A stretch of DNA of 64,000 nt from an uncultured Flavobacteriaceae bacterium (GCA_905381055.1 CAJPUR010000007.1:57705-121704); one strand, 5' to 3'; counted from the stretch's first letter, positions 39,804 to 49,503 are shown. Notes: generated from the sequence alone by a model not told the origin. Translations and numbers: made by a program.

Positions 39804-40714
39804 ATATCATCGAATATTATTTTACCTCTTACATTTAAATCAATTATTTTTTTTATTGCATTAATAATTTGCAGCTTTAGTTCATTTTTGTGAAAAATCA
39901 AACTAACCTCTCTTCCAGGAGATGGTGTTCTAAATTTTTTTATTATACCTTTTTCTTTTAGATTAATATTTTTAGAATTTAAAAATGGAATGATTGTTAT
40001 TCCAAGGCCTTCATTAGCCAAATTAACTAAGGTTTCAAAACTTCCACTTTTAAGTTTAAAATTCTTTTTTTTTGTCTCATTACTCATAGAACAAAAGTTT
40101 AAGACTTGATTCCTAAGGCAATGACCGTCTTCAAGAATAAGAATATCTTCATTTTCAATTTCATCATTTGACAAATAATCTAGATTTGATAGACGATGAT
40201 TATCAGGAATATAGCCAACAAAAGGTTCATAGTATAGGGGATACTCAATGATTTTTTCGTTTTTTAAAGGGGTAGATACAATGCCCCCATCAAGTTTTCC
40301 AGCATTTAAATTTTCAATTATTATATTAGTATTAAGCTCTTGGATTATAAGATTTACATTTTTGTGTTTTTTTAAAAAATCATTTAAAAAAATAGGAAGA
40401 ATTGTAGGCATAATCGTAGGAATAATTCCTAGTTTAAAATCTCCCGCAACAACTCCTTTTTCCATATCAATAGTGTCTCGCATTCTATCCGATTCAACTA
40501 TTATTTTCTTGGATTGTGATAATATTTTTTGACCTATCCTTGTCAATACTATAGGTTTTTTATTTCTGTTAAAAATTTTAACACCTAATTCTTCTTCTAA
40601 TTTCTGAACTTGCATACTTAGAGTTGGTTGAGTAACATTTGATTTTTTTGCGGCTATGGTAAAGTTTCCATATTCGGCAACTGCAATCATATACTGAAGT
40701 TGAGTAAGAGTCAT
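39776..40714 (-). CDS. oxyR: LysR family transcriptional regulator, OxyR-like
   Basis: N-terminal LysR HTH (LTQLQYMIAVAEYGNFTIAAKKSNVTQPTLSMQVQKLEEELG). The motif LEDGHCLRNQVLNFC retains both redox cysteines of E. coli OxyR (C199/C208 context EDGHCLRDQ...FC). Confidence 0.85.
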   Translation of the reverse strand: MTLTQLQYMIAVAEYGNFTIAAKKSNVTQPTLSMQVQKLEEELGVKIFNRNKKPIVLTRIGQKILSQSKKIIVESDRMRDTIDMEKGVVAGDFKLGIIPTIMPTILPIFLNDFLKKHKNVNLIIQELNTNIIIENLNAGKLDGGIVSTPLKNEKIIEYPLYYEPFVGYIPDNHRLSNLDYLSNDEIENEDILILEDGHCLRNQVLNFCSMSNETKKKNFKLKSGSFETLVNLANEGLGITIIPFLNSKNINLKEKGIIKKFRTPSPGREVSLIFHKNELKLQIINAIKKIIDLNVRGKIIFDDIQIIGPTIS

Positions 40715-40761
40715 CGTTTTTACTTATACAATAATCAAAATTAATAAATAATTCTTATAAA

Positions 40762-41442
40762 TTATTTTAATATCTCAACTTTTTTAATTAAAATATTTTT
40801 AATAGGTGCCTCTCTATTATCAGTTGGCTGATTAGATATTTTATCAACTACATTTAATCCTTTAGTCACCTTCCCAAAGGCTGTATAATTTCCGTCTAAA
40901 TGGTATGCGCCAGTTTTTTTTACAACAATAAAAAATTCAAATGGTGAAGCCAATTTATGAGGATTTTCTATTTCACTACTCGGCATTGAAATAACACCTC
41001 TGTGATGTTTTATTTTTTTGTCTACATCAGGAGGAAGAAGGTACCTGCCTATATTTCTTCTTTTTTTGGGTGTGTTTAAATTATCTGAGTTCCCTCCCTG
41101 AATTATAAAGTCTTTTACAACTCTATGAAAAAAAGTATTATTAAAGTATTTTTCTTTTGTTAAAAATATAAAATTAGCTCTATGATAAGGTGTACTTTCA
41201 AATAATTCAATTTCGATTTCTCCAAAATCAGTTGTAATTTTTATCTTTTTTTCAGTATTTTCTTTTCCATATTTGAACAAAAAAGGAATTGCATTAAGCT
41301 TATTGAGCAATAAAATTGAATCTTTTTTGACTTCACTAGTTTTTATTTCCTTTTTAATTATTTTAATTTTGTTTTCTTTTTTCTCATTGAACGAACAGCT
41401 TAAAAAAATAATGATCATCAAAAAAAATAAAAAATTTTTCAT
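40762..41442 (-). CDS. cyclophilin-type peptidyl-prolyl isomerase, lipoprotein
   Basis: Lipobox FLSC and motifs FHRVVKDFIIQGGN and FFIV.....LDGNYTAFGKV. Confidence 0.85.
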   Translation of the reverse strand: MKNFLFFLMIIIFLSCSFNEKKENKIKIIKKEIKTSEVKKDSILLLNKLNAIPFLFKYGKENTEKKIKITTDFGEIEIELFESTPYHRANFIFLTKEKYFNNTFFHRVVKDFIIQGGNSDNLNTPKKRRNIGRYLLPPDVDKKIKHHRGVISMPSSEIENPHKLASPFEFFIVVKKTGAYHLDGNYTAFGKVTKGLNVVDKISNQPTDNREAPIKNILIKKVEILK

Positions 41443-41448
41443 TGTAAT

Positions 41449-42108
41449 TTGGAATTTAAAGAATTTATAAAATTTATTATAAAAATAAAAGATTTTAATC
41501 TATCAGGGCAAATAGCTCATTTAAGGATGGCACCTTATTATAGAATTAAAATAAATGAACAAAATAAAATCAAAAATTTTATTTATAAACAAGCAGCTGT
41601 CTTAATTTTGTTATATCCATCTTTAAAAGGTAATACATGTTTTGTATTGATAGAAAGATCTATCTCAAGGGGAGTACATTCTGGACAGATTAGTTTACCA
41701 GGGGGTAAAAAAGAAAAAAAAGATAAATCTTTTTGGCACACAGCTATTAGGGAAACAAAAGAAGAAATCGGAGTGGATGCTTCTAAAATTAATTTTTTTA
41801 AAAAAATGTCTAATATTTATGTCCCCCCAAGTAACTTTATGATAAACCCTTACATTGGATACTTGGAAGAGAATCCATTTTTTAGAATTCAAAAAGAAGA
41901 AGTTCAGAATATTTTTGAAATTGATATTTTAGATCTTTTAAAAAATAAAAATAAAACCTCAAGAAAAGTATTGTCAAAGTATATGAATAATAATTTAAAA
42001 GTACCTGTTTATAATTTTAAGGACAAAATTGTTTGGGGAGCAACTGCAATGATTTTATCTGAATTTGAATTATTTATTTCTAATAACTTAAAGAAAAAGT
42101 ATATTTGA
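41449..42108 (+). CDS. NUDIX hydrolase, CoA pyrophosphatase-like
   Basis: Nudix box GGKKEKKDKSFWHTAIRETKEEIG preceded by HSGQISLPGG, as in NUDT7/PCD1-type CoA diphosphatases. The TTG start is uncertain (next ATG at 41527). Confidence 0.75.
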   Translation: MEFKEFIKFIIKIKDFNLSGQIAHLRMAPYYRIKINEQNKIKNFIYKQAAVLILLYPSLKGNTCFVLIERSISRGVHSGQISLPGGKKEKKDKSFWHTAIRETKEEIGVDASKINFFKKMSNIYVPPSNFMINPYIGYLEENPFFRIQKEEVQNIFEIDILDLLKNKNKTSRKVLSKYMNNNLKVPVYNFKDKIVWGATAMILSEFELFISNNLKKKYI

Positions 42109-42118
42109 AAAATAAATT

Positions 42119-42874
42119 ATGAAATTAATTAAAAGAAATCCTTTTGGGCATAATCTTTTTATAAAAAAAATGCTAATCAGATATATGGGTTATCTAACTC
42201 ATAGGCGTCATAGAGGTTTTAATGATTTAAAAATTGAAGGGTCTGAAGTTATTAAAAGTCTTCCAGATAAAAATGTATTATTTGTATCAAATCATCAAAC
42301 ATATTATGCTGATGTTGTAGCTATGTTTCATGTATTTAATGCAAGCCTAAGTGGAAGGAAAAATTCCATAAAAAATATTGGTTATTTATGGAAACCTAAA
42401 TTAAATATATATTATGTTGCTGCAAAAGAGACAATGAAATCAGGTTTGCTTCCAAGACTTTTATCTTATGCAGGTTCTGTTTCAATTGAAAGAACTTGGC
42501 GAGAAGGTCAAAAAGAAGTAAACCGAAAAGTTAAAATGAGCGATATTTCTAATATTGGTAAAGCACTGAATGACGGTTGGGTTATTAACTTTCCTCAAGG
42601 AACAACAAAACCTTTTTTTCCTATAAGAAAAGGCACTGCTCATATTATAAAGAAATATAAACCTATTGTAGTTCCAATTGTTATAGACGGTTTTAGAAGG
42701 TCATTTGATAAGAGGGGTATATCAATAAAAAAAAAGGGTGTAGTTCAGACTATGAAAATTAAGACTCCACTGAAAATTGACCATGAGAATGAAGAAATAA
42801 ATTCTATTATAGAAAAAATTCAATTTTCGATAGAACAGCATCCATCTCAAAACAGAGTTCTAAAAGAAAAATAA
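42119..42874 (+). CDS. lysophospholipid (1-acyl-sn-glycerol-3-phosphate-type) acyltransferase family protein
   Basis: HX4D motif NHQTYYAD and FPQGTT block. 251 aa. Confidence 0.75.
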   Translation: MKLIKRNPFGHNLFIKKMLIRYMGYLTHRRHRGFNDLKIEGSEVIKSLPDKNVLFVSNHQTYYADVVAMFHVFNASLSGRKNSIKNIGYLWKPKLNIYYVAAKETMKSGLLPRLLSYAGSVSIERTWREGQKEVNRKVKMSDISNIGKALNDGWVINFPQGTTKPFFPIRKGTAHIIKKYKPIVVPIVIDGFRRSFDKRGISIKKKGVVQTMKIKTPLKIDHENEEINSIIEKIQFSIEQHPSQNRVLKEK

Positions 42875-42911
42875 AATTCTTACAATATTTTATATTAGAG
42901 AAATTAGAAGA

Positions 42912-43871
42912 CTAATTAGTGATAAGCACTTTTCTGGAAACTTGATTAAAAGGACCAGGAATTATATTAAAATTAGAATCAACTAATTTTAAATCAATTG
43001 TTACTTCACCAGACGGAAGACCTTTAATAATGTGTGGAGCCCACTCATCAATTACAAATTCAACTCCATTTACTAAAGCAACTACCTTGTTACCATTTTT
43101 TGAAAGTTCTGTATTAAAAATAAAAAAATCTAATAAAAGGTTTTCACCATCTTTTTTTGAATAAGTACCCTTGGGTCTACTATAAATTAATGCAGGTGAA
43201 TCCATATCTATATTAAATGAATCATTTGGACTACTACCAATTTCAATTTTTTTAACTACAAAAGAATTTTTATTTTTTACTGATTCATGATAAGAACGAC
43301 TTAAAAAAGCTACTAGATGATTTACTCCTTCAGGTATTTCTTTTTTAAATTTTGATTCGTAATGCGCAGAGTATGGTTCATTATTGATAATAAAATGAAT
43401 ATGTTGGCCTTTACCAGAATTTGCAAGTTTATTTACATTTGGGCTATTAGTTTGGGTGCCTAGCTGATAATTGTCGACTAAAAAATTAAATTCAACTTCA
43501 CTACCATCAATGATTTTTATTTTTTTTGGCTCTTCAAGAATTAATGAAGCATCAGAATATGATGGAGAGTCATTTAATTTATTTAAAGTTATTTCAGGTT
43601 TTATAATTTTATCATTTTCAATTAATAAATCATTTTTGATTTTTTCAATTTGAGATTTAACATAACCAGGTGTTCCTTCTATGGTATTTACTTCTTTATA
43701 TTCATCACCATCACCTTTGAAATAGGTAGTCAAATTAGCAATACTTGTCGAATCATTTATTTTTTCGATTTCAACATCAAATTCAATTTTTTTATTTTTT
43801 TGTGTATTTTCGGTGCAAGAACTATATAGTATGCAGAAAATTAAGACTTTATAAAGGATACTTTTTTTCAT
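42912..43871 (-). CDS. hypothetical lipoprotein (His-rich motifs, unknown function)
   Basis: 319 aa with lipobox YSSC. Conserved-looking motifs GQHIHFIINNEPY and HLVAFLSRSYHES. No family recognised. Confidence 0.6.
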   Translation of the reverse strand: MKKSILYKVLIFCILYSSCTENTQKNKKIEFDVEIEKINDSTSIANLTTYFKGDGDEYKEVNTIEGTPGYVKSQIEKIKNDLLIENDKIIKPEITLNKLNDSPSYSDASLILEEPKKIKIIDGSEVEFNFLVDNYQLGTQTNSPNVNKLANSGKGQHIHFIINNEPYSAHYESKFKKEIPEGVNHLVAFLSRSYHESVKNKNSFVVKKIEIGSSPNDSFNIDMDSPALIYSRPKGTYSKKDGENLLLDFFIFNTELSKNGNKVVALVNGVEFVIDEWAPHIIKGLPSGEVTIDLKLVDSNFNIIPGPFNQVSRKVLITN

Positions 43872-43939
43872 TTTATAGCTAAATATTTAAATAAATATCT
43901 CCCAAAGTTAGTAATTTAAACTTTTATTTAGGTGCTAAT

Positions 43940-44977
43940 ATGTTAAGAAGTTTATTCTATTTTATTTTAATTTCATTTGTTCTAGGTTGTAAAACTTCCT
44001 ATTTAACAAAGCCTTTCGATTATTCTGAACTTCCTAACAAGCCTTATTATGAGAAAAAAGAATCTTGGGCAGTAATTCCCGGGGCGTACCCTGATGAACT
44101 TAAAGCTTTTGAAAATTTAAATAATAACGAAGATGTAGATGTTTTTTATATCTATCCAACAATTTTTACTAATCCTAAATTAAGTGATTGGAATGCAAAT
44201 ATTTTTAATAACAAAATAAGAAAAGATATACTTTCAACTGCTATTAAATATCAAGCTTCTTGCTTTTCTTCGGTAGGCAATTTGTACGTTCCTTTTTATC
44301 GCCAATCGCATTACAGATCATTTATTGATTTAACTAAAAATCCAGATAATTATAAATCTTGGGAAATAGCTTATAAAGATATTGAAGATGCATTTGTTTA
44401 TTATCTAAACAATTATAATGATGGTAAGCCAATTATTATAGCCTCTCATAGCCAAGGCAGTCTTTTAGCGCGAAGAATATTAAAAAAATTTTTTGATGGA
44501 AAACCACTTCAGAATAGACTAATTGCTGCATATATTCCAGGTATAAAGATTTTAAAAGAAGATTTCACTGAAATTAAATTAATGACAAATCCTGAACAAT
44601 TTGGAGGATTTGTCAGTTGGAATACTTACAAGAGAAATAAGTTACCTAAAAATTATGATTTGTGGTATAAAGGTGGCGTTACATCTAATCCAATATCATG
44701 GGATAGTCAAAAAAAAATTGATAATGAATTCCATTTAGGATTACTTTATTACGACAATAAAATATATCCAAAGAGTCTAAAAATTGAGTTAATTGATGGA
44801 ATGGTTTGGACTACAATTCCTAAAGTACCAAATAGATTATTAATAATTTTGGCTTCTTTCTTAACAAAAAAAGGTAAAGACTTTCACTTTGCAGATATTA
44901 ATTTATTTTGGGAAGATATTAAGCAAAATTCAATTGTCAGAATAAATAAATGGAAAGAAATAAATCAAATCAAATAA
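43940..44977 (+). CDS. DUF3089 domain-containing alpha/beta-hydrolase-like lipoprotein
   Basis: Lipobox VLGC and nucleophile-elbow-like IIASHSQGS. The overall pattern matches DUF3089 as I recall it. Confidence 0.7.
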   Translation: MLRSLFYFILISFVLGCKTSYLTKPFDYSELPNKPYYEKKESWAVIPGAYPDELKAFENLNNNEDVDVFYIYPTIFTNPKLSDWNANIFNNKIRKDILSTAIKYQASCFSSVGNLYVPFYRQSHYRSFIDLTKNPDNYKSWEIAYKDIEDAFVYYLNNYNDGKPIIIASHSQGSLLARRILKKFFDGKPLQNRLIAAYIPGIKILKEDFTEIKLMTNPEQFGGFVSWNTYKRNKLPKNYDLWYKGGVTSNPISWDSQKKIDNEFHLGLLYYDNKIYPKSLKIELIDGMVWTTIPKVPNRLLIILASFLTKKGKDFHFADINLFWEDIKQNSIVRINKWKEINQIK

Positions 44978-45044
44978 TTTATTTAAGCATTTTTTTTATT
45001 TTGTGAAAATATTTAAAACAATGATAAAACTAATCTAAAATCGA

Positions 45045-46493
45045 ATGAAAAAATCAAACAAATCAAGAAGAAATTTCATAAAAAATGGAATTTTAGCCTC
45101 TTCATTAACTATTATTCCTAGAAATGTGCTTGGTGGAGTTGGCTTTATTTCACCCAGTGATCAGTTAAACATTGCCTCAATTGGTGCGGGTGGAAAAGGA
45201 AGATCAGATATATTAAATGCATCTGTAAATGGAAGAGAGAGGGTTATTGCACTTTGTGATATTGATAAAAACGGTAAACACGGGGTTTTAGCTTCAAGAA
45301 AAAAATTTTCTAAGGCAAATTTTTATTTTGATTTCAGAAAGTTATTAGATAAGGAAAAAGATCTTGATGCTATAACTATTTCAACTCCTGACCATACTCA
45401 TGCTTCAATTGCTATGGAAGCCATGGAAAGAGGGATTCATGTTTATATTCAAAAACCTTTAACTCATAATATTAAGGAAGCAAGATTATTAACTGAAAAA
45501 GCTAGAGAATTGAAGATAGTTACTCAAATGGGAAACCAAGGCGCTTCAAACCCCTCTCAGATTAAAGTTAAAGAATGGATTGATAAAGGATTAATCGGTT
45601 CTGTTTCTGAAGTTAAAGTATGGACAAATAGACCAGTATGGCCTCAAGGAATTGTTAGACCTAAACCAGCTCCAGAAAAAATACCTGATGAATTTAATTG
45701 GGACCAATGGTTAGGTCCTGCTCCATTCACTGAATTTAATCCTAATATGCATCCTTTTAATTGGAGAGGTTGGTGGGATTATGGTACTGGAGCACTTGGG
45801 GATATGGGATGTCATATTATAGATATTCCTTTTAGAGCCTTAGAACTCCATTATCCTACAGCAGTTGAATGTAGTGTAGGTAATGTTTTTACTAAGATGT
45901 GGGAAGCTGAATATATTCCTGAGGGATGTCCTCCTTCATCTTCTGTAACAATTGATTTTGATTCTACTAAAAAAAATAAAGTTCCATTAAAGATGGTATG
46001 GACTGATGGAGGAATTAGGCCTTCTCATCCCGATATAATTCCTCCTGATGAAGATCTTGGTGAAAAAGGAGGTGGAAATGGAGTCATGATGATTGGTGAT
46101 AAGGGAATTATTACAACTGGTACTTATGGAATGGGACCTAAATTATATATTAAGGGAGGCGAAACCATATCATATAAAGCTCCAACTGATTTAAATCCCG
46201 AACCGGAATTTGGACATCAAAGAAAATGGATTGACGCTATTAAAGCTGGATTTCACAGTAATGAACATAAGGCGCTGACTTCCTCATTTGACTATGCTGG
46301 ACCACTTACTGAAACCGTTTTGATGGGTAATATTGCCATTAGGACCTATTTATTGAGAGAGGGTAAAGGGAGAAGTATAAATTATTATGGTAGAAAGAAG
46401 TTACTCTGGAATGGAAATAAAATGGAAATTACAAACCTTAAACAAGCTAATCAGTTTGTGACAAGAAATTATAGGAAAGGGTGGGAGTTATAA
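45045..46493 (+). CDS. Gfo/Idh/MocA family oxidoreductase with twin-arginine (Tat) signal
   Basis: Tat motif SRRNFIKNG, Rossmann IASIGAGGKGRSD, and Gfo/Idh/MocA blocks (DAITISTPDHTHA, HVYIQKPL). 482 aa. Confidence 0.85.
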   Translation: MKKSNKSRRNFIKNGILASSLTIIPRNVLGGVGFISPSDQLNIASIGAGGKGRSDILNASVNGRERVIALCDIDKNGKHGVLASRKKFSKANFYFDFRKLLDKEKDLDAITISTPDHTHASIAMEAMERGIHVYIQKPLTHNIKEARLLTEKARELKIVTQMGNQGASNPSQIKVKEWIDKGLIGSVSEVKVWTNRPVWPQGIVRPKPAPEKIPDEFNWDQWLGPAPFTEFNPNMHPFNWRGWWDYGTGALGDMGCHIIDIPFRALELHYPTAVECSVGNVFTKMWEAEYIPEGCPPSSSVTIDFDSTKKNKVPLKMVWTDGGIRPSHPDIIPPDEDLGEKGGGNGVMMIGDKGIITTGTYGMGPKLYIKGGETISYKAPTDLNPEPEFGHQRKWIDAIKAGFHSNEHKALTSSFDYAGPLTETVLMGNIAIRTYLLREGKGRSINYYGRKKLLWNGNKMEITNLKQANQFVTRNYRKGWEL

Positions 46494-46497
46494 TGTT

Positions 46498-47514
46498 ATG
46501 GTTTTAGTTACTGGAGGATTAGGATATATTGGCTCTCATTCAGTCATATCACTAATAAATAGTGGTTTTGAAGCTATAATAGTTGATGACCTTTCGAATT
46601 CGAGTTTATCTGTTTTGGATAATATTAATAAAATTACTGGGAAGTCTATTATTTTTGAGAAATTAAACTTATGTAATGGAACCCTGGTGAATAATCTTTT
46701 CGATAAATATCCAAAAATAGATTGTATAATTCATTTTGCAGCATTTAAATCTGTTAGTGAAAGCGTCTTGAAGCCATTAAAATATTATAAGAACAATATA
46801 TATTCATTAATTAATATTTTGAGTCAGGTTGAGAAAAGAAAAATAAAACACTTTATTTTTAGTTCTTCATGTACTGTTTATGGAGAATCTATTAAACTTC
46901 CTATTACTGAAGAAGAATCTTTTAAAAATCCAAAATCACCTTATGGGCATACCAAACAAATTGGAGAAAGAATTGTTAAAGATTTGGTTTTTAAAAATAC
47001 TGAAATCAAAGCAATTTCATTAAGATACTTTAATCCTATCGGAGCTCATGAATCTATATTAATTGGTGAAAACCCTTTTGATAAACCACAAAATTTAGTT
47101 CCAATGATTACTCAAACTGCTAATGGAAAATATAAATTTTTAAATGTTTATGGAAATGATTACAAAACTAGAGATGGGACATGTATAAGGGACTACATAA
47201 ACGTTATGGATTTAGCAGATGCTCATGTTTTAGCACTTTCTAAATTAATAAAAATGAAATCCTCCTACTATGATGTTTATAATGTTGGAACAGGAAAAGG
47301 GACAAGTGTTTTAGAGGTTATTCATCTTTTTGAAAAATCTAATAATTTAAAATTAAATTACAAATTTTCTAATAGAAGAGATGGTGACGTTGAGTCTGCC
47401 TATGCTTCTTGTGATAAAATTAATAGAGAATTGAATTGGAGGGCTAAGTATTCACTTGAAGATTCATTGATTTCAGCATGGAATTGGGAATGTAAAATAA
47501 ATAGTAAAAATTAA
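46498..47514 (+). CDS. galE: UDP-glucose 4-epimerase
   Basis: Motifs VTGGLGYIGSH, catalytic SPYGHTK, LRYFNPIGAH and RDYINVMDLA. No signal peptide. Confidence 0.9.
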   Translation: MVLVTGGLGYIGSHSVISLINSGFEAIIVDDLSNSSLSVLDNINKITGKSIIFEKLNLCNGTLVNNLFDKYPKIDCIIHFAAFKSVSESVLKPLKYYKNNIYSLINILSQVEKRKIKHFIFSSSCTVYGESIKLPITEEESFKNPKSPYGHTKQIGERIVKDLVFKNTEIKAISLRYFNPIGAHESILIGENPFDKPQNLVPMITQTANGKYKFLNVYGNDYKTRDGTCIRDYINVMDLADAHVLALSKLIKMKSSYYDVYNVGTGKGTSVLEVIHLFEKSNNLKLNYKFSNRRDGDVESAYASCDKINRELNWRAKYSLEDSLISAWNWECKINSKN

Positions 47515-47541
47515 ATTTATATATTTAAATAAATATTTATT

Positions 47542-48432
47542 ATGAAAAATTCAGGAATTAACAGAAGAAATGCTATTAAAAGTCTAGCTGCTGGTACATC
47601 TGCAGCTTTTTTTACTGGTGGAATGATAAATCCATTAAATGCTAAAGAAAAAGTGAATGATTTTAAATTAAAAGGTAACATCAGACAATCAGTTTGTTCA
47701 TGGTGTTTTCCTATGTTATCTCTTGAAGAATTAGCTATTGAAGGAAAAAGGATAGGTCTTTCAGGTATTGACTTAGTTAACCCTAAAGGTTTTTCAATTT
47801 TAAAGAAATATGGTTTAGAATCTACCTTATGTACTCCTGAAAAGTACAGTCTTACTGAGGGTTGGAATAAAAAAGAAAACCATAATGAATTAATCAAGAT
47901 TTATTCAGAAATGATTGATGTCGTAGCAGATTCAGGCTATAAAAATTTGTTTTGTGCAAGTGGGAATACTTTTGGTATGGATATTGAGTTAGGAATCAAA
48001 AACTGTGAAGTCGGAATAAAAAAAATATTATCTAAAGCTGAAAAGAGAAATGTCACCCTTATAATGGAATTATTAAATTCTAAAGTTAATCATCCTGATT
48101 ACATGTTAGATAAATCAGAAATAGGAATAAAACTTTCAAAGAATATTGGCTCTGAAAACTTTAAACTTCTATATGATATTTATCACATGCAAATTATGGA
48201 AGGAGACGTTATTAGTACTATTAAAAAAAATCATCAATATTTTGGTCACTATCATACTGCAGGTGTACCTGGAAGAAATGAATTAGATAAAAATCAAGAA
48301 CTTTATTATCCTGCTATAATGGATGCCATTTTAAGTACAGGTTTTAAAGGATATGTTGCTCAGGAATTTATGCCTAAGGGTAAAGATCCAATTAAGTCGC
48401 TTGAGGAAGCAGTTATGCTTTGTGATGTTTAA
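47542..48432 (+). CDS. xylose isomerase-like TIM-barrel protein (hydroxypyruvate isomerase / sugar phosphate isomerase-epimerase family) with Tat signal
   Basis: Tat motif NRRNAIKSLAAGTSAAFF with a LNA cleavage-like site. TIM-barrel family blocks: LIMELLN, YDIYHMQIMEGD, GHYHTAG. Confidence 0.8.
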   Translation: MKNSGINRRNAIKSLAAGTSAAFFTGGMINPLNAKEKVNDFKLKGNIRQSVCSWCFPMLSLEELAIEGKRIGLSGIDLVNPKGFSILKKYGLESTLCTPEKYSLTEGWNKKENHNELIKIYSEMIDVVADSGYKNLFCASGNTFGMDIELGIKNCEVGIKKILSKAEKRNVTLIMELLNSKVNHPDYMLDKSEIGIKLSKNIGSENFKLLYDIYHMQIMEGDVISTIKKNHQYFGHYHTAGVPGRNELDKNQELYYPAIMDAILSTGFKGYVAQEFMPKGKDPIKSLEEAVMLCDV

Positions 48433-48467
48433 TTAGCGATAATTTTAAGTTCAATTATTATTATCTT

Positions 48468-49469
48468 TTAACTATTTATTTTTAATACTAATTTACCTAT
48501 TTTTTTACCATTAAATAGTTTTAAAAATATTTCATGAAAATTTTCTATTCCCTCATAAATATCTTCTTTACTTTTTAATTTCCCTAAACTAATCCATTTT
48601 TGTATTTGTTTCATTGCAATTTTATATTGACTGGCATAATCAAAAACAATCATACCTTTCATTGAGGCTCTATTTACAAGTAAGGATAGATAATTTTTTG
48701 GACCTATTGGAATTTTATTGTATTGAGATATTGCTCCACATAAAACAACTCTTGCATTTTTTTTTAAAAAAATCAATGCACAGTCAAGAATTTCCCCTCC
48801 AACATTATCAAAAAAAACATCAATACCATCTGAACAATTTCTTTTTATACCATTAGCTAAATTTTCATTTTTATAATCTATAGCTCCGTCAAAACCAAGT
48901 TCTCTAATGATGTAATCACATTTTTTTTTCCCTCCAGCAATTCCAATAACTTTACATCCTTTTATTTTAGCAATTTGTCCAACAATACTACCAACTGCTC
49001 CAGCTGCTCCAGAAACTAAGACAGTATCGTTTTTTTTTATTTTTCCTTCTTCAAGAATTCCAAAATAAGCAGTCATTCCTGGCATACCTAGACTACCAAT
49101 GTATCTTTCAAGAGGAGATCTTTTAATATCAACTTTATAGAAACCCAACCCATCAGAAATTGTGAATTGTTGAACACCTCCCCACCCAGAAACATATGTT
49201 CCTACTTGAAAATTTGTGTTTTTTGATTTAATTATTTTTCCAGCAGTACCAGCTCTCATAATTTCTCCTATTTGAACAGGGGGAATATAAGATCTTGAGT
49301 TATTTATCCATCCTCTCATGGCTGGATCTAAGGACAAAAATTGATTTTGAATAAGAATTTCTCCTTTGTTAATTTCACGTAATGGATTTTTTTCAAAAAT
49401 CCATGTATCTTTTTTTGGTAAACCATCAGGTCTTTTTGCAAGCTTTACTTGAGTATTAATTAAACTCAT
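48468..49469 (-). CDS. NADP-dependent oxidoreductase, medium-chain (alkenal/one reductase, YncB/PTGR1-like)
   Basis: 333 aa with the cofactor motif VSGAAGAVGSIVGQIAK. The overall pattern matches leukotriene-B4 12-HD / 2-alkenal reductase-type MDRs, which lack zinc ligands. Confidence 0.85.
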   Translation of the reverse strand: MSLINTQVKLAKRPDGLPKKDTWIFEKNPLREINKGEILIQNQFLSLDPAMRGWINNSRSYIPPVQIGEIMRAGTAGKIIKSKNTNFQVGTYVSGWGGVQQFTISDGLGFYKVDIKRSPLERYIGSLGMPGMTAYFGILEEGKIKKNDTVLVSGAAGAVGSIVGQIAKIKGCKVIGIAGGKKKCDYIIRELGFDGAIDYKNENLANGIKRNCSDGIDVFFDNVGGEILDCALIFLKKNARVVLCGAISQYNKIPIGPKNYLSLLVNRASMKGMIVFDYASQYKIAMKQIQKWISLGKLKSKEDIYEGIENFHEIFLKLFNGKKIGKLVLKINS

Positions 49470-49503
49470 TTTTAGTTATTAGTTTTTTAATTCTTATTTA
49501 AAA

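Noticed and set aside
47517-47897. 126-aa minus-strand ORF, the longest unassigned ORF in the track.
   Set aside because: It lies entirely antisense to the 5' part of the Tat-signal TIM-barrel gene, which has clear family motifs. The product is low-complexity with no recognisable domain and no plausible upstream space for a promoter. I treat it as a shadow ORF.
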